DNA of 64,000 nucleotides from NCBI RefSeq assembly GCF_006345805.1, contig NC_043021.1, positions 19,220,001-19,284,000 on the forward strand, written 5' to 3'. The translations under genes were made by a program, and so were the position numbers. The notes under the pieces are model-generated. The model made no database searches and was not told the origin of the DNA. It saw only the letters and a list, made by a program, of their open reading frames with translations. Position 1 is the stretch's first letter; every line of letters begins with the position of its first letter. This stretch comes from Octopus sinensis (lineage: Eukaryota). Below, in pieces: positions 38,017-50,729 of the stretch.

Positions 38017-38669
38017 GGTGGCGAGCTGGGAAGATCGTTGGCACACCAGGCAGAATGCTTAGCGGCATTTCGTCTGTCTTCGTGTTCTGAGTTCAAATTC
38101 TGCCGAGGTCGACTTTGCCTTTCATCCTTTCAGGGTCAATGAAATAAGTACCAGTTGTGTACTGGCTTTGATGTAATCAACTAGGCCCCCTCTCCCCCCA
38201 AATTTCAAGCCTTCTGCCTATAGTAGAAAGGATTATTATTATAGTTGTTGCACAGTAGTGCAGGAGTGGCTGTGTGGTAAGTAGCTTGCTTACCAACCAC
38301 ATGGTTCCGGGTTCAGTCCCACTGTGTGGCACCTTGGGCAAGTGTCTTCTACTATAGCCTCGGGCCGACCAAAGCCTTGTGAGTGGAGTTGGTAGACGGA
38401 AACTGAAAAGAAGCCCATCGTATATATGTATATATATGCATGTGTGTAATTGTGTGTCTGTGTTTGTCCCCCCAACATAGCTTGACAACCGATGCTGGTG
38501 TGTTTATGTCCCCGTTACTTAGCGGTTCAGCAAAAGAGACCGATAGAATAAGTACTGGGCTTACAAAAGAATAAGTCCCGGGGTCGAGTTGCTCGACTAA
38601 AGGCGGTGCTCCAGCATGGCCACAGTCAAATGACTGAAACAAGTAAAAGAGTAAAGAGTAGAGTATACA

Positions 38670-38900
38670 ATATCATGAGGTTGTTGATTGAAGATGTTGT
38701 GTCTGCCGGGGGTTTGTACAGTTTGTCAAGTCACAACAAGGACCTCAGGCAGACAGTACTTTACGCAATATGCGAGCAGTTGCAAGTAATGCCAACTTTT
38801 GCAATACACCTAGATTTAGGATATTTCTAAGGTTTGCAGATGTTTTTTTCAGACTGGGTGTATTGAACCCAATGCTCAGATGACAATAGGGTTAACCTTT
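38670..38900 (-). mobile_element. 3' fragment of an R4/Dong-like (RLE) non-LTR retrotransposon
   Basis: VNPIVI*ALGSI...LQKLALLATARILRKVLSA*; partial second copy at about 39046-39184. Confidence 0.65.
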
Positions 38901-40329
38901 ATGTTTGACTTCATAAACCAAGTCTCATATAATAAATAACACGGGCGTGACTGTGTGGCGAGAAGCTTGCGTTCCAACCACATGGTTCTGGGTTCAGTCC
39001 CACTGCATGGTCCCTTAGGCAAGTGTCATCTACAATAGATACAAAGTCTACCAGGGTTTGTACTGTTTGTCAAGTCACAACAAGGACCTCAGACACACAG
39101 TACTTTATGCAATATGCGTGCAGTTCTAAAGAATGCCGACTTTTGCAATACATCTAGATTGTAGGGCATGTCTAAGGTTTTCAGTTACTGAGGTGTCATC
39201 TACTATAGCCCAAGGCTATAATAGTTGACACTTGCCTAAGGCACCATGCGGTGGGACTGAACCCAGAACTATGTGGTTGGAGAGCAAGCTTCTTATTTCT
39301 TTATTGCCCACAAGGGGCTAAACACAGAGAGGACAAACAAGGAGAGACAAAGGGATTAAGTCGATTACATCGACCCCAGTGCGTAACTGGTACTTAATTT
39401 ATTGACCCCGAAAGGATGAAAGGCAAAGTCGACCTCGGCGGAATTTGAACTCAGAACGTAACGGCAGACGAAATACCGGTAAGCATTTTGCCCGGCGTGT
39501 TAACGTTTCTGCCAGCTCGCCGCCACACAACCATGCTTGGATTATTTTTCCTGTTTTTTGTTTTTTCTTAAATTTTGAAAGCGGCAGTCAGGTTCATTTT
39601 TAGTATTCTCGCTTGTGAGAGCAGTCGAGTTTATTTCAGATATTCTCATTTTAAAAATCATCTCTGGCTAACCGTTGAGAGGACGTTAGTTTTGCCTTGG
39701 CATAGGTTTGTACTCTCTGAGTGCTTTTGTTATTATTATTATTATTTTAGAACCGGTTTATACGACTGTGGGAAATATGACTGAAGGGTAGAGAACAACA
39801 CAAACTTAATGTCGGTCCCACCAGTCTTGGTTCATTACAATATCAAATAGCTTTCTATGGTGTTGGTGACTATGAATTGAATAGAATAGCTCGTGGGTGT
39901 GTATGCGTGTTGTCAGCAACAAGGGTACTGCTATTGCAATTGGCTAGAATAAAAACTAGGCTTAAAAAATAAATCCTGGGGTTGATTTGATTGACTAAAA
40001 AAAACACCTCAAGGCAGAGCTCCAGTATGGCCACAGTCAAATGACTGAAGCGAGTAAAAGAATGAAAGAATATTCAGTTTGAATTCCAATCAATATCTCT
40101 GAACATCGTTATGAATTAATCATTTAATCGTGCATCATTTCATAGCTTTGAGTTGTCAGTGTTATTGTTGTTTTCACAATAACATTGTAGGGTAGGTGTG
40201 AGAGGCTGGATCTGGTTAGTTTTAACATAAAGCAGGTAGAATATTTGGGTTAGATAAACCAGTTTAAATGCTGAAGGATTAATGTAATTATCAATTAATA
40301 TCAAGTCAGATATGGAAAAATTCCACCAG

Positions 40330-40500
40330 GTCCATCCTTCACGTAAATCCATCCGCCACGCAAATCCATCCGTCACGCAAAATCCATCCGTCACGTAAAA
40401 TCCATCCGCCACGTCAATCCATCCGCCACGTCAATCCATCCGTCACGTCAATCCATCCGCCACGTCAATCCATCCGTCACGTCAATCCATCCGTCACTCA
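40330..40500. repeat. 17-bp minisatellite (atccatccg(t/c)cacgtca) x10
   Basis: Counted directly. Confidence 0.93.
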
Positions 40501-41302
40501 CATAAATCAAGTGAATTTAGAGACTTTTGTTCTGTCTTTTTTTTATATGTATTCTTTTATCCTTTTACTAGTTTCACTCATTCGACTGCAGCCATGCTGG
40601 AGCACCGTCTTGAAGTGTTTTTAGTCGAACCTCTAAGTCACAAGGTCATAAACACACCAACACCGGTTGTCAAGTGCTAATGGGGGGGGGGGGGCAGACA
40701 CAAAAACACACATACATACATATATATACACACCCACCCAGTTTCTATCTACCAAATCCACTCATGAGGTTTTTGTCGGCCTGAGATTATAGTAGATGAG
40801 ACTCGCCTAAGGTACCATGCAGTGGGACTGAACCCGGAACCATGTGGTTGGGAAGCAAGCTTTTTTCCACACAGCCATGCCTGTGTTCTTCTGCTATATG
40901 AGACTTAGTTTATGGAGTGTGAGGTCTCTGCTGAAATATATATTCTCCGTAGAAGGGGTGGTGAGGGCACTAATGAAACAGATCCAACTCTGTAGCAGGA
41001 GAAGGGAAGACAGATGAAATAGATAAGCTCTGTAAAAGGGAGTGTGTTGGGGGAACATGGCATACTTATGAAATATATATATATATATATATATATAGTT
41101 AATCCAAACAAGAAAGCACAAAAAAAATACAACACGAGGACGTGGAACAAATATAGTATTATTGGACGCTCAGGAAAGAAGGAGGGTTTAACGTTTCGAG
41201 CGGAGCTCTTCGTCGGAAACATAGGAGAAGGGAAGACAGAGGGAAAAAAATCGCCAACGGTACACACGCGGTCACACACACACACACACATATATATATA
41301 TA

Positions 41303-41557
41303 CAGGGTCAGGCAAAATGATCTGACACATTTGTAGGTTAAATAAAAGGCAAATGAAGTAAAGAAACAACTTTCGTGAACGCCTTCGACAGTGTGTGGAC
41401 AATAATGGATCCCATTTGACTGATTTAATTTCTAAAACATAATGAAACAAAATGGCATTATATGTACTTTTCAAAAATAAAAACACTTTTTTGTTTCTTT
41501 ACTTCATTTGCCTTTTATTTAACCTACAAATGTGTCAGATCATTTTGCCTGACCCTG
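41303..41557 (+). mobile_element. Tc1/mariner MITE, perfect 67-bp TIRs, TA TSD
   Basis: TIRs 41303-41369 and 41491-41557 are exact reverse complements; interior encodes the transposase-like tail FRERLRQCVDNNGSHLTDLISKT*. Confidence 0.92.
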
Positions 41558-43286
41558 TATATATAGGCGTGCCTGTAACTGGTGCCAAGACATCATGTGA
41601 CTGGAAAAATATGCAACATGACACAGAAAAACATTTTAATAACTTATCTTATATTACTTTTAATAAATGTTTTTACTTGTTTTATTTGATTTTCCTCCTA
41701 AGTGTTGGGTTTTTAGGTGTTTTAAATTTTCATGTTTTAAATATGTTCACCCGGAATGGAATAAAGTTGGACGAATTCACTGAAGATAAGGTTCTTTTAG
41801 TTTTTGGGGGTTTTTTTTTCCATTAATTTCTTGAAAAAAAAGCAATATAAAATTGAGAAAAAACCTAGCTCCACACAACCTAACTGGTGTTATGCCCCTA
41901 CTCTGTAAGAAGAGGTGGGTGGCATAGATGAGGCATTTATATATGTGTGAAGAGAGATGGGAAACACAGAAGAAATATATATATTATCAACACAATAAGA
42001 TATTATAATGATATGTTAATATATTAAGATATATTAAATACATTATGATATAGGTGGCTTGTTAGCAATTAAAAACCAAAAAGGAATTCATAAATGAGGG
42101 TGCAAAATAGCACCGACGATTGCTAGAAATGAGAGTGAAAATTTTACTCTGAAAGCCACTAAAAGGATTAACCTGAAGATATTTATGGAATTCGGGCACA
42201 GCAAGCTAAGTGAGCTTTCCCTTGTGAGATAAACTCACAGAATGAAATATATATTTAAGTCACAGTATAATATGAATTCAAGTAATTTGGTAGTACTCAT
42301 AAAAAAATCAAAAAAATCTGTAATGTATCTTTGTACAGACCATATAGAATGTGTGGAGTACGATACAAGAGGAAAAGATAAGTCATAAATGATAGAAAAA
42401 TATTTAAATAAACTTTTATTTAACAAAAGAAAAATCCAAATGTCACAACAAATTGTTTCATAACTAAAAACATGCAAATAACTTATAGTATTATTTTTAA
42501 TTTTATATAATCAAACAGAGTTTGTGTGTGTGCATATGTTCCTTATGGATTTGAAAACTAAGTTGCTGATTTTGACGCATGAGGTATCAAAAGATTCAGA
42601 AATCTTTTGACTACCAAATAAAGTATATTTTTTACACAACAACTATTTTGTACTACAAAAATAACCTTGAAAACGAGGTTGGGTTGCACAATTTTGAAGT
42701 CCTTAGTTAAGGGAGGCAACTCTGCATGAACAATTTTTATGTCTTAGATAGAGCATAATGAGAAAATGTTTAAAATCCATGGAGTTTTACCAGGGAATGA
42801 AACTTTGAAGATATACCGTCAACTTTATTAGTATTATTTAGTAGATATTCTTTTAATGTGAAGTATTACAAAAATCATCTCCAGGTGAGAATGATCGATA
42901 AAGCCGTTTTTGTCCTGCTTTTCTTCCGTCAACCTGTACATAACTGCACCTTCCATTTTTTGTTGTTTTTGTTCTGCTTAAAGGCACATTTCTTTCCTGC
43001 CAAGCTTACTGTTTGAACCATGTTTGTGTACTCCCAGTCAACAGCCTTATCATTACTGGTACTTTAAACTCTTCGGTTGCATATTTGTGAGAATAAAATC
43101 GTTTTTCTTTGGAATAGAAAAAAAGTCTATTTTTATTTCTTCTTTTGCTGGTGTCTCAAATTTAGATTAAATCAGTGTTTCTCAAAGGGGAGGCCTATGG
43201 GACGGTTGGACAAGTTGTTTTGAGAAAATTTGGTTTAAATGTTTGACAACTCAGCACCGTCCATTGGACGTTGGTGCGTTTTGCTC

Positions 43287-43323
<37 letters not shown>

Positions 43324-44089
43324 GGAAAGGAAAACAAAACGAACATAGGACAAGCATCTCAGGTCATTTAGAATATTTAATTAAAGGTGAATCAAAAAAG
43401 AAGTAGAAGTAATGAACACATACTCTTTAAAAGGAAGAGGGGGAGTACTGAAGAAACGCATATACTCTGTAAATGTGGGCAGCGGTCTGAAAATGTTTGA
43501 GTAATTCCTATGTAAGGACTGTGTTGAGCTTCAAAAGAAGATGGATATTTTCTTTGTATATGCATACCTCTCCTTCTTGGGACACAAAACTCTACTTGTG
43601 AAGACCTGTTGAGGCGAGTGAGAATCAAAATCGATCAACATCAATGAAAATTGTAGCTATGATATCAGTGCCGGTGGCACGTAAGAGAACCATCCGAATG
43701 TGGTCATTGCCTGCGCCGCCCCGACTGGTCTCCGTGCCGGTGGCACGTAAAAAGCACCGTCCGATTGTGGCCGTTTGCCAGCCTCGTCTGGCATGTAAAA
43801 AGCACCCACTACACTCACGGAGTGGTTGGCGTTAGGAAGGGCATCCAGCCGTAGAAACATTGCCAGATCAGACTGGGCCTGGTGCAGCCTTCTGGCTTGC
43901 CAGACCCCAGTTGAACCGTCCAACCTATGCTAGCATGGGAAGCGGACGCTAAACAATAATAATGATGATGTTGGTAATAACTGTTGGCCACTTAAATTTA
44001 TTTTCTGAAAATGCCAATTTTTCAGTTGTCTCATTTTTTTTTTCTTTAAAATTTTCACTCACCCCCTTCTTTTTTTTTTTTCTGCAGAA

Positions 44090-44211
44090 ATGTCGGGAAA
44101 GAGAGCCAGTACAACGGCCACGGCCCGCTTGAAACAAGACTACATGAGAATCATCAAAGACCCCGTACCATACGTAGAAGCCGTGCCACTTCCGTCAAAC
44201 ATTCTGGAATG
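44090..44211 (+). CDS. UBE2J2: Ubiquitin-conjugating enzyme E2 J2 (Ubc6-type), coding exon 1
   Basis: Poly-T/ctgcag acceptor ends 44087; ATG at 44090; reads MSGKRASTTATARLKQDYMRIIKDPVPYVEAVPLPSNILE(W); gtaagt donor at 44212. Matches the UBE2J2 N-terminus (RLKQDY..I.KDPVPY...PLPSNILEW). Confidence 0.96.
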
Positions 44212-44917
44212 GTAAGTCATAAAGATGCCTATTCCTTGTTAGACTTCTTGTTATTTATTCTGGAGTATGGTATGCTGTGGTGTGGTGTTCAATATTTTTA
44301 ACAGATCAAAGACCTTAAAAATGTAGAAAAGGGGACAGAAGACAAATAAAGTCAGAGGGAACTGAAAGTCCTACTTCTGTCTCATTTGTTCTGTTATTCT
44401 ATCATTCTCTCACTCTCTAGTTCTCATTCTCACTCTCTATCTATCTATCTATCTATCTATCTCCCTCTTTCGGAGAGGCACTGAGCAGCTATACGCACAC
44501 ATACACACACGGCAGTAACTTCCGCCTACCAAATTCAATCACAAAGCTCCGGTCAGCTCGGGGCTATAGTAGAAGACACCTGCCTAAAGTGCCATGCAGT
44601 GGGACTGAACCCGAAACCATGTAGCTAGGAAGCAAGCTCCCTAACCACACAGCCATGCCATCTATCTATATCTCCCATACACACAGGCATATATGCACAT
44701 TATCTTACTTGTAGGATATGTGAAGCCTGGTCTGTGAATACAAATGATGGTCAGTGTTGCTGACATTTGAGAGAGGATCTACATCAATTCTTCCCTCCCT
44801 GGAGATGGAAGAGCCTGCTAATATATGGAAAGCTTATCTTCGTCCAATGAGAAATGCACCATATGCACATCTGTTCTGGAAACAGCTGTAAAAGATTATC
44901 TGCAATACACTTTATTC

Positions 44918-45069
44918 CAGTGATTCTCAACCTGGGGTCCGTGGACCCTTAGTGGTCTGCAAAGGTAGTACTGGGGGTCCGTGAGCTAAATTCAAAATTT
45001 CATATATATATATAAATAAGGATAAGCATATTAAAAGGGGTCTGTGGGGAAATGGGTTGGGAATGACTG
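44918..45069. mobile_element. hAT-type MITE (cagtgattctcaacc / ggttgggaatgactg)
   Basis: 15-bp imperfect TIRs; TSD not recognisable. Confidence 0.55.
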
Positions 45070-45239
45070 TTCGGAACCCCTGCTTCTTTCTATTCTAACA
45101 ACTCTATTACAACAGCACCACAATTATGTTTAAATATATTAAATTCCATACTCTAAACTTATACCAGTTGTCTGCCCGTTCATTCTTTCTTTCTCTCTAC
45201 TGTACGTGTGTGTATGTATATATATATATACTACTGTAC

Positions 45240-45285
<46 letters not shown>

Positions 45286-45552
45286 AATTAATAAATAAAT
45301 AAAATATATGCATATATACATACATACATATATGTACGTACCTACCTCTACATGTATATATACATGCATATATGGGTACAGGACACCAAAAAACGTCGAA
45401 CACAATGAGAAACGAAAACATAAACACAAAACCAAGAAAATGGACATTTTTTTAAACAACGAAAAAATAGAGTACAGGACATACAAAACAAGGAAAATTC
45501 CCCTTCTTCAGTCGCCTTAATTTCATCTACTCCAGGTTTCGAAGGTCAATAT

Positions 45553-45600
<48 letters not shown>

Positions 45601-46331
45601 GTATGTATGTGTGTGTGTGTGTGTGTAAAAAAAAAAAAAAAAGATTCCAGTCTGATTTGAACACAACCATGCTAAATCGGACTGGAGTCTGGTGCAGCTC
45701 CTTGACTTACCATCCTTTGCCAAACCACCCAACCTATGCTACCACAGAGATCAGATGTTAAATGATCCACCCAACCTATGCTACCACAGAGATCAGATGT
45801 TAAATGATGATGATATGTGAAGGAGGTGCATGGCTCGGTGGTTAGGCTGTCAGGCTCACAATCATGAGGTAGTGAGTTCAATTCCCTGACCGGGCTGCGT
45901 GTTGTGTTCTGGAGCAAGACACTTTATTTCATGTTGCTCCAGTTCACTCAGCTGTAGAAATGACTTGCAACGTCACAGGTGCCAAGCTGTATCGGCCCCT
46001 TTGCCTTTCCCTTGGATAACATCAGTAGTGTAGAGAGGGGAGGCTGGTGTGCATGGGCGACTGCTGGTCTTCCATAAACAACCTTGCTTGGACTTATGCC
46101 TTGGATGGGTACTTCTAGGTGCAATCCCATGGTCATTCATGACTGAAGGGGTTATGTTCGAAATACAAAACTAGAAAAACAGCCAACAACTGATGAAGGG
46201 CCGTTCTTTATGTTGCTTGTCCTGTTTTCCATTTGTGTCTTTTGTTGTTCGAAAAAATAGTTCATATTCCATGTACTTGTACTCCCAATTTTTTTAGTTG
46301 TACATGTTTCATGATGTCCTGTGCCCATATA

Positions 46332-46334
<3 letters not shown>

Positions 46335-46385
<51 letters not shown>

Positions 46386-47324
46386 GTATATATATATTAT
46401 ATATATGTATATAGTTATCCGTAATAATGAAGGGTGAAATTAATTAATTTGGAAAAATTATCAATTACACCAAGTAGTCTTCGGCATGTAAAAGCCTCAT
46501 TCGAGGAAAATTTAAGTAATACTAAGCAATAAGGGTTTAGCAACGAGTTGCCTTACCACATACCGAATTTAGAAATAGCAGTCAAAGGGTTATAGCTATT
46601 TCTTCTACTAAAAAGGGATATAAATATATATGTATATATATATTATATATATATGTATATATATATTATATATATATGTATATATATATTATATAATATG
46701 TATATATATATATTATAATATATATTATATATATTTATATATATGTTAATATATATGTATATATATATTATATATATATGTATATATATATTATATATAT
46801 GTATATATTATATATGTATATATATATATTATATGTATAATATATATATTATATATATATTATATATAATTATATATATATGTATATATATGTATATATA
46901 TATTATATATATATGTAATATATATTATATATATGTATATATTATATATGTATATATATATATTATATGTATATATATATTATATATATATATATATATA
47001 TTATATATGTATATATATATATTATATATGTATAATATATTATATATGTATATATATATTATATATGTATATATATATTATATATGTATATATATTATAT
47101 ATGTATATATATTATATGTATATATATATTATATATGTATATATTATATTATATATGTTATATATATTATATATATATATGTATATATTATATTATATAT
47201 ATGTATATATATATTTATATATATGTATATATATATGTATTATATATATATATTATATTATATATATGTATATATATATGTATATATTATATATATGTAT
47301 ATATATATTATATATATGTATATA

Positions 47325-47356
<32 letters not shown>

Positions 47357-47409
47357 GATATATATATATAATATATTATATATGTATATTATATATATAT
47401 ATATATATA
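46335..47409. repeat. Very long TA-derived low-complexity tract with an embedded about 205-bp element (46414-46620)
   Basis: Seen directly. Confidence 0.93.
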
Positions 47410-47986
47410 GTTAATCCAAACAAGAAAGCACAAAAAAACGCGAGGACGTAGAACAAATATAGTATTATTGGACGCTCAGGAAAGAAGGAGGGTTTAACGT
47501 TTCGAGCGGAGCTCTTCGTTGGAAACATAGGAAAAGGAAAGATCCAGAGAAGGGGAGACAGAGGAAAAAAAATCGCCAACGGTATACACGCGGTCACTTA
47601 TATGCGTATAGATGTAAGTATATACATATATGTATGTACATAAATGATGATGATGATGATATAATCTCAGCAGGTGTAATACATGAAGAACAAGTAAATT
47701 AAGGACAGCAGGTGACAGCATCCATGCCATGGAACCTAATCCCTAACCATTGTGGTTCTGAGGCAAATATCTTAACCATTCAGCCATATCTGTGAACATA
47801 AAAATATATGAAACAAAAAGATACGCAGGAGTGGCTGTGTGGTAAGTAGCTTGCTAACCAACCACATGGTTCCGGGTTCAGTCCCACTGCGTGGCGTCTT
47901 GGGCAAGTGTCTTCCGCTATAGCCCCGGGCCGACCAATGCTTTGTGAGTGGATTTGGTAGACGGAAACTGAAAGAAGCCTGTCGTA

Positions 47987-48039
<53 letters not shown>

Positions 48040-48833
48040 TTGTTCCCCTAGCATTGCTTGACAACTGATGCTGGTGTGTTTACGTCCCCGTCACTTAGCG
48101 GTTCGGCAAAAAGAGACCGATAGAATAAGTACTGGGCTTACAAAAAGAATAAGTCCTGGAGTCGAGTTGCTCGACTAAAGGCGGTGCTCCAGCATGGCCG
48201 CAGTCAAATGACTGAAGCAAGTAAAAGAGTAAAAGAGACTCCTTCCAGAGTCGTATAGACTCATAGATCCAGTTTCCCAGTTTCCATGGCATATAAATTC
48301 ACCCCTGGCAGGACACTGGTCAGTCACAGGATTACTTGATTTTGGCCAGCTCAGTGGTGTGGACTGGGGCAACGTGAAATGAAGTGTTTTGCTCAAGACT
48401 ACAATGCGTCGCCCAGTCTAGGAATCGGAACCACAATCTTACGATCATGAGTCAAACACCCTAACCACCAAGCCATGTGCCTCCGTGCACAGAAAAATGA
48501 TGTTCATCATCATTGTCATTTAACAGGTAAAGTATTGTTCAAAACCTCATTAACCCTGATTGTGAAAAGCCTCTTGAATCTACTCTACAACAAGAATAAC
48601 AACAATTACACCGTGTAACAATTACTCTTTACTCTTTTACTCTTTTACTTGTTTCAGTCATTTGACTGCGGCCATGCTGGAGCACCGCCTTTAGTGGAGC
48701 AAATCGACCCCGGGACTTATTATTTGTAAGCCCAGTACTTATTCTATCGGTCTCCTTTTGCCGAACTGCTAAGTAACGGGGACGTAAACACACCAGCATC
48801 GGTTGTCAAGCAATGCTAGGGGGACAAACACAA

Positions 48834-48866
<33 letters not shown>

Positions 48867-50392
48867 CATATATATGACGGGCTTCTTTCAGTTTCCGTCT
48901 ACCAAATCCACTCACAAGGCATTGGTCGGCCCGGGGCTATAGCGGAAGACACTTGCCCAAGATGCCACGCTGTGGGACTGAACCCGGAACCATGTGGTTG
49001 GTTAGCAAGCTACTTACCTTTTTTTTTTTTCTTTTCCTTTTTTTTTTTGGTCCTTGGTCAGTAAGTAAATATTTCCTATTTGCTTCTATCTAGAAATCAA
49101 AGGAAATGGTCACTATTCACTTCGAACTTTGTTTTGTCACCTGGACACCAATGTCTTGAAACTGACCTTTTTTCCATAACATTTCAGATGGATTCAGCAA
49201 CTGAGTTGCTGAAGCAGAAATGCTGTTTCAGCCAAATACTCTGCTCGATACCACAGATTTGCTTGACTGTAACCACTTGAGCATGTCCCTTAGTGTCTGA
49301 TGATGTGTGCATCTCTGAATGATGAGCAGGAGTAGTGGGGGACCACCATAGCCATGTGTTTGAATAAATAGGCGCAGGAGTGGCTGTGTGGTAAGTAGCT
49401 TGCTTACCAACCACATGGTTCCGGGTTCAGTCCCACTGCGTGGCATCTTGGGCAAGTGCCTTCTGCTATAGCCCCGGGCCGACCAATGCCTTGTGAGTGG
49501 ATTTGGTAGACGGAAACTGAAAGAAGCCTGTCGTATATATGTATATATATATAAGTGTTTGTGTCTGTGTTTGTCCCTCTAGCATTGCTTGACAACCGAT
49601 GCTGGTGTGTTTACGTCCCCATCACTTAGCGGTTCGGCAAAAAGAGACCGATAGAATAAGTACTAGGCTTACAAAGAATAAGTCCCGGGGTCGATTGGCT
49701 CGACTAAAGGCGGTGCTCCAGCATGGCCGCAGTCAAATGACTGAAACAAGTAAAAGAGTAAATAGTGTAGCAAAAGCAAAATTTGAAGGAAATATGAGCC
49801 ATTTTTTCATACTTCCTAAGGGGTTAGCAAATAGGAAATGACACTGACTGACCAAGGACAAAAATTGTATTACTTAGTGTAATCATCATCGTGGGTTTTT
49901 TTGTTTTTTTTTCATTTTGGCCCAGGATATGTTAGAGGTTTTGTCTGTACATAATTACGAGTGGCTCTTGAAACAGATAAATAACAACAATATCTATTAA
50001 ATTTTAAAAATCCCTTTAAGAGAGAAAAAGTTGAAGGCTGCTTGTGGGATGTGAACCCACATCTCCTGTAAACATGACGGACTCTGAAAGGGAAAGGGAA
50101 ATTCAAAGGATTGCTTTGGTCCAATGGTAGAACACCTGTCATGTATACAGATTTGGGTTCAGGTCTCACTGACATCCTTTGTCTTTTCCTATCCAAAAGG
50201 GTTTCTCGATCCAATATTTACATGCTGTTATTTCTAGCTTTATGTGATGTGCTTCGAGATCCAGTGTTCCAAAACAGAATTATTTCATGTTCTCTTGAAG
50301 GTTTATGAAATATTAGTGCCTTAATTATTTCTATTCTGTTACTTAATTATTTCTATTCTGTTACTTAATTATTTTTATTCTGTTACTTGCAG

Positions 50393-50433
50393 GCATTACA
50401 CAGTGGTAGGACCAGAAAATTCTCCATATGAAG
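50393..50433 (+). CDS. UBE2J2: UBE2J2 coding exon 2 (41 nt)
   Basis: ttgcag acceptor; (W)HYTVVGPENSPYE(G); gtaagt donor; phases compatible with neighbouring exons. Confidence 0.95.
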
Positions 50434-50528
50434 GTAAGTGGCATGGCATACCTTGGAATAATGGCAGCCTCAGCCTACTGTATACTACCATATTTTCTGG
50501 CATGCAAGTCAACATACAGAGTGTAAAC

Positions 50529-50729
50529 CAGTGCTTTTCAAACTTTTTGCTGGAGCGGAACCCCAAGGAAACATTCCACTGGTTCGAGGAACCCCTGTGC
50601 AATAATTTAATAGTCTTATGCACACATATCTGCACAGGAGAATTAAAAATTACTGCCGATTTTAGCAGTTTTGTAACTTCTTGCGGAACCCCTGGACTGT
50701 ACTGGCGGAACCCTGGTTGAAAACCACTG
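50529..50729. mobile_element. hAT MITE with 8-bp TSD
   Basis: TIRs cagtg(c/g)ttttcaa; TSD gtgtaaac at 50521-50528 and 50730-50737. Confidence 0.92.

Noticed and set aside
46743-47451. Ile/Tyr-rich ORFs (also 10473-10772, 17408-17854, 63319-63968)
   Set aside because: TA microsatellite translations.
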